Below, in pieces: positions 10,086-17,911 of a stretch of DNA of 18,653 nt. The stretch covers positions 25,283 to 43,935 of the forward strand of contig CAZTOS010000010.1 in assembly GCA_964615185.1 (NCBI GenBank). The letters run 5' to 3'. The stretch comes from an uncultured Thermococci archaeon (GTDB taxonomy: Archaea; Methanobacteriota_B; Thermococci; Thermococcales; Thermococcaceae). The notes under the pieces are model-generated. The model had not been told where the DNA came from. It saw only the letters and a list, made by a program, of their open reading frames with translations, and made no database searches. The translations under genes were made by a program, and so were the position numbers. Within the stretch, counting starts at the first letter, position 1, and the number at the start of each line of letters is the position of its first letter.

Positions 10086-10562
10086 TCACTTCACCATATC
10101 AACAGCTATCGCTCCAATCACGGCAAAAGTGCTTATTATGATGGTCGCGCTTATGTATTGAGTCAAAGAAAACTCAGCAAGTCTGTTTATACCGTATAGA
10201 TATATTAAGCCTGCAGAAGTTAAATATGAAATTAAGACCACCGTTAAAAGACGTTTTGGTATATGGAACAGCTCTTCTCTCTCAATGTTCGAAACTTTTG
10301 CCTTTGCTATGAAAAGATAAGCAATTAAGAGGGTCAGAATTAGAATTCCGGCTGCTCGTTCCATAGTTAAAGACTTTGCTATGTCCCAGATTTCTTGTGT
10401 GAAAAGGAAAGGCAGAGCAAAGGTTAAAGCACCAATGATTTCCTGGGCTATATCGTCCCATCCCAGCTTATCCGGTTTTCTCTCAAACTTCTTCTCTAAC
10501 CCTTTAATCTGTTCTGAGAGCTTTTCAAAACGCTCATTAAGTTGTTTTAATTCTTCACTCAT
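10086..10562 (-). CDS. DUF2391-like integral membrane protein
   Basis: Coiled N-terminus, then DDIAQEIIGALTFALPFLFTQEIW and about four hydrophobic segments. Start placed at ATG 10562 because the TTG at 10586 lies inside the box C/D RNA. Confidence 0.75.
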   Translation of the reverse strand: MSEELKQLNERFEKLSEQIKGLEKKFERKPDKLGWDDIAQEIIGALTFALPFLFTQEIWDIAKSLTMERAAGILILTLLIAYLFIAKAKVSNIEREELFHIPKRLLTVVLISYLTSAGLIYLYGINRLAEFSLTQYISATIIISTFAVIGAIAVDMVK

Positions 10563-10565
10563 CTT

Positions 10566-10620
10566 GCTCAGCCACTCTGGGGTCAATCATCAGTTCAGCA
10601 TTGGATTCACTCATCATCGC
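10566..10620 (-). ncRNA. Box C/D 2'-O-methylation guide sRNA (two guides)
   Basis: Minus strand reads gcg-ATGATGA (C, 10617-10611)-GTGAATCCAATG-CTGA (D', 10598-10595)-ac-TGATGA (C', 10592-10587)-TTGACCCCAGAGTGG-CTGA (D, 10571-10568)-gc. All four boxes match consensus, length is about 55 nt, and a TATA box lies about 25 nt upstream. Confidence 0.92.
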
Positions 10621-10640
10621 ACATTTAAGACTACTGGGAC

Positions 10641-10656
10641 AAGGTTATAAACTTTG
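10641..10656. promoter_or_regulatory. TATA element usable in both directions (sRNA operon on -, S-layer-like gene on +)
   Basis: AAGGTTATAAACTTTG reads TTATAAA on + and CAAAG-TTTATAA on -. It lies about 25 nt from the sRNA 5' end and 35 nt from ATG 10686. Confidence 0.55.
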
Positions 10657-10685
10657 AGGACAACAAAATTTTTAGGTGAGTAAGT

Positions 10686-12149
10686 ATGAGAAAAGCACTA
10701 AGCGTAATAGTATCTGTTTTATTTTTGGTATCTATTGCAGGAGCAGTACAGGGGTTCAATTTTAAAATGAACTCAGCGAATACCGTTATTGTTCTTCCAA
10801 CAACAAAGATAATCAACGGACAGCCACTCCATATAGGGGAAGATGCCATTACTGGATCAAAATTAGGAGCTCTTCTTGTTCTCAAAGGAATTAGAGAAGT
10901 TACATACTCCACATATGTTGATGTACCAATTGAGTACCACAGCGTTCTGATCCAGGATAATGACCAATATTATAAGCTGAACAGCGTAGATATGCCTGAT
11001 GTAGGGATTAATGTTGGGGATTCTCCTGTAGGAGATACAATTGTAGTTGAGATTGATTTTTCGAGAATTCTATATAACGATACGATCAAAAAAGCACAAT
11101 TCAATGATAAGAGTATAGAGATTATATTCAATGAGAACACCACCCCACTAAATCTTGGAGGAGAAACAGCCAAAATCATTTCTACAGTGGTTGACGGAAA
11201 AGATACTATGTACATTTACTCCTATGAAGAGAACTCAGGCTCAAAAGGACTGGATGAGACATTAACAGTAGATGGATGGAAGATCAGGTTCAGAGATATT
11301 GACACCGAACAGGAAAAGGCACTTACAGATATATCTTTTCCAAGTGGATTTGTGAGAACAGATACACTGTATAAAAACAAGTATTACATCCTTTATGTTG
11401 ATGCCAACGGAGATGAAGACTTTGAGCCCTTTGATTCATATCCTTCAGCAAGGATTCAGGAACTTTTGCAAGCTGGAATTAAGAAGATGTTCGTATTCTC
11501 TCCAACAGACTTCTTTATTGGTATCGGAGGCACAAGGCAGGTTACATACGAATATGATTATTATGAAAAGGTCAGAATGTATCAAGATGGAGAGGTTTAT
11601 GAGGAACAGTGGGTGTGGGACATAGATCCAGAAAACAACCTATTCGTGCTATATCTCCATGTTGATCCGGATAACAACTTCCCAACGGTTACACTTGAGG
11701 AAAATCAGCTGCTTAAGCTCCCAATTGACGGGCTCAATATTCAGCCAGTGTTTACAAAAGATGAGGACGGGGAAATAACAGGGATTGAAGGCTATAGATT
11801 CGTACGTATTGATACTGTGAAGAAGAAAGTGATGATAAAAACAACAAAAGCAGAGGTTACAAATGACGTGAATAAGCTAATAATAGAGGACACTCAGCTG
11901 ACAGAATTACCTAACGATAAACACGTAATAATTGTTGGCGGATGGGTCAGCAATAAAGCATGGAAGTTACTAGAGCAAGTTTATGGGACAAATATCATCA
12001 AGAGCATAAAAGATGAAGTAATGAGCAAAGGGTACGTTATTAAGATCTTAGATAACCCAAATAATCCAGAGTATAAGGTCATTATACTTGCCGGGAAAGA
12101 CTACACGTTAACAAAAACAGCTGTTGAAGAGTTTATGAAGGAAATCTGA
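10686..12149 (+). CDS. S-layer-like surface protein
   Basis: Signal peptide MRKALSVIVSVLFLVSIAGAVQG; acidic, beta-rich body; C-terminal S-layer outer-domain motifs HVIIVGGWVSN and VIILAGKDYTLT; RBS GGTGA. Confidence 0.78.
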   Translation: MRKALSVIVSVLFLVSIAGAVQGFNFKMNSANTVIVLPTTKIINGQPLHIGEDAITGSKLGALLVLKGIREVTYSTYVDVPIEYHSVLIQDNDQYYKLNSVDMPDVGINVGDSPVGDTIVVEIDFSRILYNDTIKKAQFNDKSIEIIFNENTTPLNLGGETAKIISTVVDGKDTMYIYSYEENSGSKGLDETLTVDGWKIRFRDIDTEQEKALTDISFPSGFVRTDTLYKNKYYILYVDANGDEDFEPFDSYPSARIQELLQAGIKKMFVFSPTDFFIGIGGTRQVTYEYDYYEKVRMYQDGEVYEEQWVWDIDPENNLFVLYLHVDPDNNFPTVTLEENQLLKLPIDGLNIQPVFTKDEDGEITGIEGYRFVRIDTVKKKVMIKTTKAEVTNDVNKLIIEDTQLTELPNDKHVIIVGGWVSNKAWKLLEQVYGTNIIKSIKDEVMSKGYVIKILDNPNNPEYKVIILAGKDYTLTKTAVEEFMKEI

Positions 12150-12150
12150 G

Positions 12151-12173
12151 TCTCATTTTATTTTTCTATTTTC
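12151..12173 (+). terminator. Oligo-T archaeal terminator candidate
   Basis: TCTCATTTTATTTTTCTATTTTC immediately after the stop codon at 12149. Confidence 0.4.
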
Positions 12174-12417
12174 AGCATTTTATAGCTCATAAGAACAATC
12201 CAAGAAAGTATAAATGCTGCTCCAATAGTTTCTGGGACTCAGACAATCAGACCAACAATATGTATCTTGTCGGAACCCAAGTCACTTAAAGCATTTTATG
12301 GGACAAAAATCAAAGGTTAAGATGAATGGCTAAAGTCAACATAATCACAAATATTGCTGGTACTAAAAATCCAGAAATGGCACCTATTTTTGTTATTCTG
12401 GTACACTTCATGGTCAT
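12158..12417 (-). pseudogene. Decayed DUF998-like membrane protein gene
   Basis: Manual translation gives MTMKCTRITKIGAISGFLVPAIFVIMLTLAIHLNL*F, a frameshift, then NALSDLGSDKIHIVGLIV*VPETIGAAFILSWIVLMSYKMLKIEK*. The NxWF...NALSDLG and C-terminal PE.IGA motifs fit DUF998. TATA-like CAAAAG-TTTAAAAA at 12440-12453. Confidence 0.7.
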
Positions 12418-12816
12418 AAGGACAATTTGGCGGTTAGTCTTTTTAAACTTTTGAGTAGAAGCTTATTTAAGCCCACTTTAATTAAAGCATGGCATGAAGC
12501 CCTTATTTGATTTAACCGCTTGGTAATATTTTTTACTGAGATTAATAAATTTTGTGGTTCACTATGTATAGCAATTGGTTACGTTTCGATAAATTTCAAG
12601 TTACGGCCATAAATTACTATCTTCTCATACTTGGATTTCTCTTTGTTGGAATGAACATGGACATAAGACGACCAAACTTCTCTGTCCTCTTAAGTGAGGA
12701 GGTAGGGATGACTTACATTTACTTCCTCTTTGCTAAATACAACAAAGCTTAACTGTATTACTAACATTGTTTAAGCGCTTCGACATGCTTATAAATGAAT
12801 GTCCCAACTCTCAATC

Positions 12817-14010
12817 ATGAGCCTTGAAAAATACAAGGGATTTAGTAGAGATGCAAAGTTGGTTGTAGCTTATTCGTTCTTTGGCTGGTTGGGTGGGAAT
12901 ATAGTGTGGTTTATCTTGCCCTTTTACCTCAAATCCCTTGGAATGGGCTTTACAGAAATTGGAACCCTCTTTTCAATTTCAACGATAGTTCAAGCCGCTC
13001 TTTTACTATTTTCCGGACAAGTTAGCGTCAAACTCGGCTATAAAAGAACAATTCTACTTTCATTATCTTTGTTTTTCATAGCTCGCTTGATTCAGGTTTT
13101 TGTTCCAATATTCTGGGCTTTAGCATTGTCATCTGTGATTGTTGGAATAGCTATGGCATTTGAATGGCCTTCTTTGATGGCTTTGCTTAGTGGAGAGGTA
13201 AGCGAAGAGAAGCGGCACTATCTGTTTACTCTAAACAGTGCTCTCGGAACGGCAGGAGCAGCCTTTGGAATGCTCTTAGGCGGGGTACTACCAAAAGTTC
13301 TTGATGGTGCAAATCCCTATAGAAGAACTCTGCTCTTTGCAGCTTTTCTTATTTTGATCCAAATAACCTTAATATCTTTTGTCTCTCCAGTGCTTGGAAA
13401 AGAAGAGAAGAAACTTAGACTCAGGAGAGAGCTGTTGATAAAGATAGCAAAGTTTTCACTTCCCTCAGCTTTAATAGGTTTAGGAGCTGGAGTAACAATC
13501 CCATACATGGGACTCTACTTCAACTTGAAGTTTGGAACGAGTTTAGAGAGCATAGGTGGACTCTTTGCACTACAACAGCTTGTCATGGCAGTGGGAATGT
13601 TCTCCATGCCGATTCTGGCTGACAAAATTGGAAGCGTGAAAACAATAGTGAGCTTTAACGGAAGTGCAACAGCTTTGATAATTGCCCTTCCATTCGCTCC
13701 AAACTTTCTGATAGCTTCGGTCATTTACATAGTTAGAACAATCCTCATGAACATCATCAACCCAATATGGGATGCTTTTATGATGAAGTTCTTCACAAAG
13801 GAAGAAAGGGCAACTTCAATAGCACTGAGGAGCTTTGCCTGGACCTCAACCTTTGGAATTGGACAATATTTGGGAGGAATTATCTTCGATAGGTCTTTAG
13901 TACTCCCATTCCTCATAACTGGTTCCCTATATGCTGCATCTATAGTTATATTTTGGATGTTCTTTGCTGGATATGAAGAAAGAGTTATAAGCAACGGCAC
14001 ATCTCTTTAA
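12817..14010 (+). CDS. Major facilitator superfamily transporter
   Basis: About 12 hydrophobic segments; motif A-like GQVSVKLGYKR and LADKIGSVK. Start set at ATG 12817 because TTATAAA at 12789-12795 is too close to ATG 12799. Confidence 0.92.
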   Translation: MSLEKYKGFSRDAKLVVAYSFFGWLGGNIVWFILPFYLKSLGMGFTEIGTLFSISTIVQAALLLFSGQVSVKLGYKRTILLSLSLFFIARLIQVFVPIFWALALSSVIVGIAMAFEWPSLMALLSGEVSEEKRHYLFTLNSALGTAGAAFGMLLGGVLPKVLDGANPYRRTLLFAAFLILIQITLISFVSPVLGKEEKKLRLRRELLIKIAKFSLPSALIGLGAGVTIPYMGLYFNLKFGTSLESIGGLFALQQLVMAVGMFSMPILADKIGSVKTIVSFNGSATALIIALPFAPNFLIASVIYIVRTILMNIINPIWDAFMMKFFTKEERATSIALRSFAWTSTFGIGQYLGGIIFDRSLVLPFLITGSLYAASIVIFWMFFAGYEERVISNGTSL

Positions 14011-14035
14011 ATGACTGTTCTAAGGGGTGAGCGAG

Positions 14036-16261
14036 ATGGCAGTTAAGGAGTGCCCAGAGTGTCATGGAACTGGAAAAGTAAAAGTGGGCGAGAAGGAGTG
14101 TGAGGTCTGTAATGGATGGGGCTATGTCCCGGCAGATTTCAAATTAGGCGAGCATTTGAAAGGTTACAAAAACCTTGATTACTTTGGTGTTGATGAGGAA
14201 GTTGATGAAATTCCCTGTCCTGAGTGTCATGGAAAAGGTGTCGTGCCAGTTTATGACACATGTCCAACATGCGGAGGGACTGGAAGGGTTTTAGCTTGTG
14301 ACATCTGTGGAAAAGTGAAAGAGCCTTGGGAACCCGGCATGGAAACAACTTGGGTCTGCCCAGAGTGCGAAAGGAAGTTTAAGATTGTATACATCCTTGA
14401 TAAGACTTGTGATTATGAAGACGTTGAAATCGGAAAGATTTACAAAGGTGTTATCGATAGAGTAGAGCGCTTTGGGGTTTTTGTTAAGCTGAATCCTCAT
14501 GTTGTGGGTTTAATTAAGCGTAAGGATTTGCTTGGAGGAAAAGGATACAAGCCTGGGATGGAAATTTTGGTTCAAGTTTTAGATGTTAGACCGGAGAAGA
14601 GGGAGATAGATTTCATTGAATCTGCATTGAGGAATTACAAACAAGTTGTCGTGAGAAAGGAGTTGCCTGTTACACCGATCGAGGAGCTCAGCGAGGAGTT
14701 GGCTGGAAAGACCGTAAGAATCAGAGGGAAGATAATCCAAGTGCAGGTTACGGGTGGTCCAACGGTATTCACAATAACAGATGGAACCAGCATAACTTGG
14801 GCAGCAGCTTTTGAAGCTCCCGGCGTTAGGGCTTATCCCAACATAAACGTTGGAGATATTGTTGAAATCATTGGAAAAGTGTCATTCCACGCTGGCGAAA
14901 TTCAAATAGAGATAAGCGACATGTCAAGATTATGGGGTCCTGAGGCAGCTGAAGTCAAAAAGAAACTTGAGGAAGAACTTGACAAAAAAGCACAGCCGGA
15001 AGATGTAGGGTTCTTGGTTAAAAGTGAGGTTTTGGAGAAGCTTAAGCCAAAGATTATGAAAGCTGCTTTCATGATTAGGAGAGCAATCTATGAGGGGAGG
15101 CCTATTCTGCTCAGACATCATGCAGATACTGACGGCTATGTCTCCGGGTTGGCTCTGGAGAGTGCCATAGTTCCTCTCTTAAAGGAGGTATCACCGGACC
15201 CAGAGGCTGAGTGGCACCTCTTCAAGAGGAGACCATCAAGGGCTCCGTTCTATGAGCTTGAAGACGTTTTAAAAGACATAATCTTCGCTGTCGAGGATTC
15301 GATGAAGTTTGGTGAGCCCTTGCCGTTAGTTGTGATAGTTGACAACGGCGGAACGACGGAGGATATACCAGCATACAAGAGGCTGAAAGCCTACGGAGTT
15401 CCGATTGTTGTCATCGATCATCATGACCCGAGAGATTTCATAAGCGAGGACAAAGCGGCAGTTGATGAATGGGTTGACGTTCATGTCAATCCTCACCTTG
15501 TCAAAAGAGGATACTACGAACTAACAGCTGGGATGTTAGCAACTGAACTTGCAAGATTCATAAATCCAAAGGTAGAAGACAAGATAAAGCATCTCCCAGC
15601 CATAGCTGGAACTGGAGATAGAAGTAAAGCCCCAGAATTTGAGCAGTATTTAAAGATTGCAAAAGAGGTAAAAGGACTGGAAGAGGAAGATTTAAAGAAG
15701 ATTGCCGAAGTCATTGACCATGAGGCCTATTACTGGAAGTTCATGGATGGAAAGGGAGTAATTGAGGAGATCCTGCTCTTAACTGGCAATCTTCAGAGGC
15801 ATAGAAAGCTTATTGATGCTATCTACCCAGAGGTTAAGGCAAAACAGGAGAAAGCGCTTAAAGCTTCTCTACCTCACGTAAAGAGTATTGTTCTGCCAAA
15901 CGGGATAAGGTTCAATACAATTGATATTGAGCTTTATGCTCCAAAGTTCGAATATCCATCACCCGGAAAGTTCAGCGGTTTAATTCACGACTACTTCAAG
16001 GAGAGATATGGAGAAGACTCGCCGATATTGACTTTAGCTTATGGTCCTGACTTTACCGTGATTAGAGCGAGCGATAGTATGGCAGCTTACAACTTTGACC
16101 TAAACGAGATTATTAAGATTCTCCAAGAGAAGCTTCCAGATGCAGGAGTTGAAGGAGGGGGGCACAGCTATGCGGGTTCAATAAAGTTCTTCGAGGGCAA
16201 GAGAAAGGAAGTTCTTGAAGAGTTTGCAAAGCAAGTGGTAAAGCTAAAGAAAAACACATAA
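14036..16261 (+). CDS. han: RecJ-like DHH nuclease with DnaJ-type zinc fingers, S1 and OB domains (Hef-associated nuclease, HAN)
   Basis: Four CxxCxGxG repeats plus CDIC/CPEC; S1 domain (VERFGVFV); OB fold; DHH motifs HADTDG, VDNG and IDHH; DHHA1 GGGH. RBS GGGGTGA before ATG 14036. Confidence 0.88.
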   Translation: MAVKECPECHGTGKVKVGEKECEVCNGWGYVPADFKLGEHLKGYKNLDYFGVDEEVDEIPCPECHGKGVVPVYDTCPTCGGTGRVLACDICGKVKEPWEPGMETTWVCPECERKFKIVYILDKTCDYEDVEIGKIYKGVIDRVERFGVFVKLNPHVVGLIKRKDLLGGKGYKPGMEILVQVLDVRPEKREIDFIESALRNYKQVVVRKELPVTPIEELSEELAGKTVRIRGKIIQVQVTGGPTVFTITDGTSITWAAAFEAPGVRAYPNINVGDIVEIIGKVSFHAGEIQIEISDMSRLWGPEAAEVKKKLEEELDKKAQPEDVGFLVKSEVLEKLKPKIMKAAFMIRRAIYEGRPILLRHHADTDGYVSGLALESAIVPLLKEVSPDPEAEWHLFKRRPSRAPFYELEDVLKDIIFAVEDSMKFGEPLPLVVIVDNGGTTEDIPAYKRLKAYGVPIVVIDHHDPRDFISEDKAAVDEWVDVHVNPHLVKRGYYELTAGMLATELARFINPKVEDKIKHLPAIAGTGDRSKAPEFEQYLKIAKEVKGLEEEDLKKIAEVIDHEAYYWKFMDGKGVIEEILLLTGNLQRHRKLIDAIYPEVKAKQEKALKASLPHVKSIVLPNGIRFNTIDIELYAPKFEYPSPGKFSGLIHDYFKERYGEDSPILTLAYGPDFTVIRASDSMAAYNFDLNEIIKILQEKLPDAGVEGGGHSYAGSIKFFEGKRKEVLEEFAKQVVKLKKNT

Positions 16262-16395
16262 TTCCGCTCTGTTAGCTTATTGAACGTATTGCGGATAAAC
16301 AAAGTGCCAAAGGTAATTTAAAGAAATCTTTAGTTTCCTTTTATCCGCCGTTATATGAAGTCGCGAGCTCATCTTCTAAGTTATGTAAGCGGAAT
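16261..16395. repeat. Nested imperfect inverted repeats; inner element attC-like
   Basis: Outer arms ATTCCGCT (16261-16268) and AGCGGAAT (16388-16395), 14/19 identity when extended. Inner arms AACG[TATT]GCGGATAAA (16283-16299) and TTTATCCGC-CGTT (16340-16352). Confidence 0.6.
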
Positions 16396-16446
16396 CAAGC
16401 CAGCAACCCTCGTAAGGCCTCGCGGCGAAGAGCTACAAGCTGATTC
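16392..16446 (-). other. GC-rich stem-loop with a GCGA tetraloop sub-hairpin, 3' of the propeller gene
   Basis: GAATCA (16392-16397) pairs with TGATTC (16441-16446). Internal G-T wobbles form only on the minus strand; GCC-GCGA-GGC at 16426-16417. Confidence 0.45.
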
Positions 16447-16460
16447 TTTGTGCAAAGTCC

Positions 16461-17741
16461 TTAGCCGAATGGAATTAGTGTTTTCTTTTCCCAGTCCTTC
16501 GAATAACATTCAATGTTTTTAACTTTGGGCTCTACTCTTTCGGTCAAAATATCAATTGGCGTTGCTGAAGTATCTCTCTTCTCAATCTCTACGCTTATTC
16601 TCTCAAATTTCTCCTCTCCATTCTCCAGCCATTCCCTACATACTACAGGACTGGCAATATAGATTATATTATCCCTTAAGTCTAAATCGCTGATAGAACC
16701 TTTGAGCAAATAGAAATCAATAAGATCGCCATTTTCACTAAACACGAAAAGCACATAGTTGCTTACCCAGGCGATGAATCTTTTCCCATCTTTTATAATC
16801 TTACCCTCTGCTACATAGTGGTCTGCTGGATATGTTGCATTTATAATTTCAGCCCATAGGACTTCTCCATCTCTGCTCAGCTTGGCAAAGAATGGATGAA
16901 CTTCTTCATATGGTGATTCGCGGAGATGCTCATGGGCAAACCCAGCAACGTAAACATTTTCTCCAGCATAAACTGCATATAGTTCTATGGAATACTTCGG
17001 AAGTTCTTCAAACTCTGGGATTTTCTCTCCTTCTTTCTCGGCTATTTTCCTCTTTTCTTCTGGTATCTCAACTTTTCTTTTTATCTTCTCTTTAGATTTT
17101 AAGGAGACAGCCCATTCAAGCTTGCCGTCCTTGCTGAGCTTGATAATTTTGTTTCCTTTTGTTAAGTATATCCCATCGGACACGGAAATATCATCGTTCC
17201 AAGGCTCTCCAGATATGATACCTTTTAATACTACAGCCCAAATTACATTTAAATCCTTGTCTGTTTTCACCACTCCGCCTCTCGTGTTAAAGTAAAGAAA
17301 TTCTCCATCGCTTTCAATGTCAAACACGTTTAGATAGTCTTCATACTCAACAGGGATAGGGTTCTCTCTTGTTCCTTCGCAGCCAACTCTCTTGATCGCA
17401 AGATTCTTTATCCATGCAATCTTGCCATCTTCAATCTTGGCAATCTCTACACCTGCAGCGTAAATACTTCCGTCGAGGCACTTCAAAACATTTGAAATCC
17501 ATAAGTCCTCATCAAGCGTCAGATTCCAGCCGTTTATCATTTTAATGTATGGGGCTCCTCTTTCAGTGCAGTTCTCAATAAATCCAAACACGTATACGCC
17601 GTTGTTCGCAGAAATTTTCCTTCCTTCAACAATCTCGAATCTGTAGTCTGAGCTTTCAAATTTCATTTTTGAAGATTGTAATACGTAAAGGCTGGCTGCA
17701 AAGATTATTGCAATGCATACCAGCGGGAGCATTCTATTCAT
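16461..17741 (-). CDS. Secreted or membrane-anchored beta-propeller-like repeat protein
   Basis: N-terminal hydrophobic segment and repeated K-x-x-x-G/L-x-x-x-W blades (AKIEDGKIAWI, VKTDKDLNVIWA, IKLSKDGKLEWA, AKLSRDGEVLWA). TATA-like TTTAAAAA at 17770-17763. Confidence 0.7.
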   Translation of the reverse strand: MNRMLPLVCIAIIFAASLYVLQSSKMKFESSDYRFEIVEGRKISANNGVYVFGFIENCTERGAPYIKMINGWNLTLDEDLWISNVLKCLDGSIYAAGVEIAKIEDGKIAWIKNLAIKRVGCEGTRENPIPVEYEDYLNVFDIESDGEFLYFNTRGGVVKTDKDLNVIWAVVLKGIISGEPWNDDISVSDGIYLTKGNKIIKLSKDGKLEWAVSLKSKEKIKRKVEIPEEKRKIAEKEGEKIPEFEELPKYSIELYAVYAGENVYVAGFAHEHLRESPYEEVHPFFAKLSRDGEVLWAEIINATYPADHYVAEGKIIKDGKRFIAWVSNYVLFVFSENGDLIDFYLLKGSISDLDLRDNIIYIASPVVCREWLENGEEKFERISVEIEKRDTSATPIDILTERVEPKVKNIECYSKDWEKKTLIPFG

Positions 17742-17797
17742 TTTGTCACTTCCGTTTTTTAATTTTTAAACTATTATTTGATGTACCTGCAATTTTT

Positions 17798-17909
17798 GAT
17801 AACGTTTTTGGTATTTACGAAGTTTTGCCTTGCAAAACTTGGGCTCTAAAAGAGCCACATCCTCCTCTTGTCCGAGAACGAAAGCGCCAAGCAAAGCGAA
17901 GAGTCGCAC
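17798..17909. repeat. Structured spacer related to the 16283-16365 element (partial attC-like site with two hairpins)
   Basis: AACGTTTTTGGTATTTACGAAGT (17801-17823) matches 16283-16305 at 16/23 positions without gaps. Perfect hairpins AAGTTTTGC-CTT-GCAAAACTT (17820-17840) and GGCTCT-AAA-AGAGCC (17842-17856). Ends in AGTCGC like the first element. Confidence 0.55.
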
Positions 17910-17911
17910 TC

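Noticed and set aside
10555..10617. 20-codon upstream ORF (MMSESNAELMIDPRVAEQDE) or frameshifted N-terminus of DUF2391
   Set aside because: Its ATG codons come from the C and C' boxes; the box C/D sRNA explains the sequence better.
12552..12752. 66-aa ORF as a real gene
   Set aside because: TTG start with no RBS and no recognisable family; kept only as a possible relic.
14051..14285. DnaJ chaperone call from the CxxCxGxG repeats
   Set aside because: There is no J-domain or HPD motif; the zinc fingers belong to the HAN architecture.
16380..16446. H/ACA guide RNA (hairpin followed by ACA on the minus strand)
   Set aside because: No clear K-turn or K-loop and no pseudouridylation pocket could be identified.
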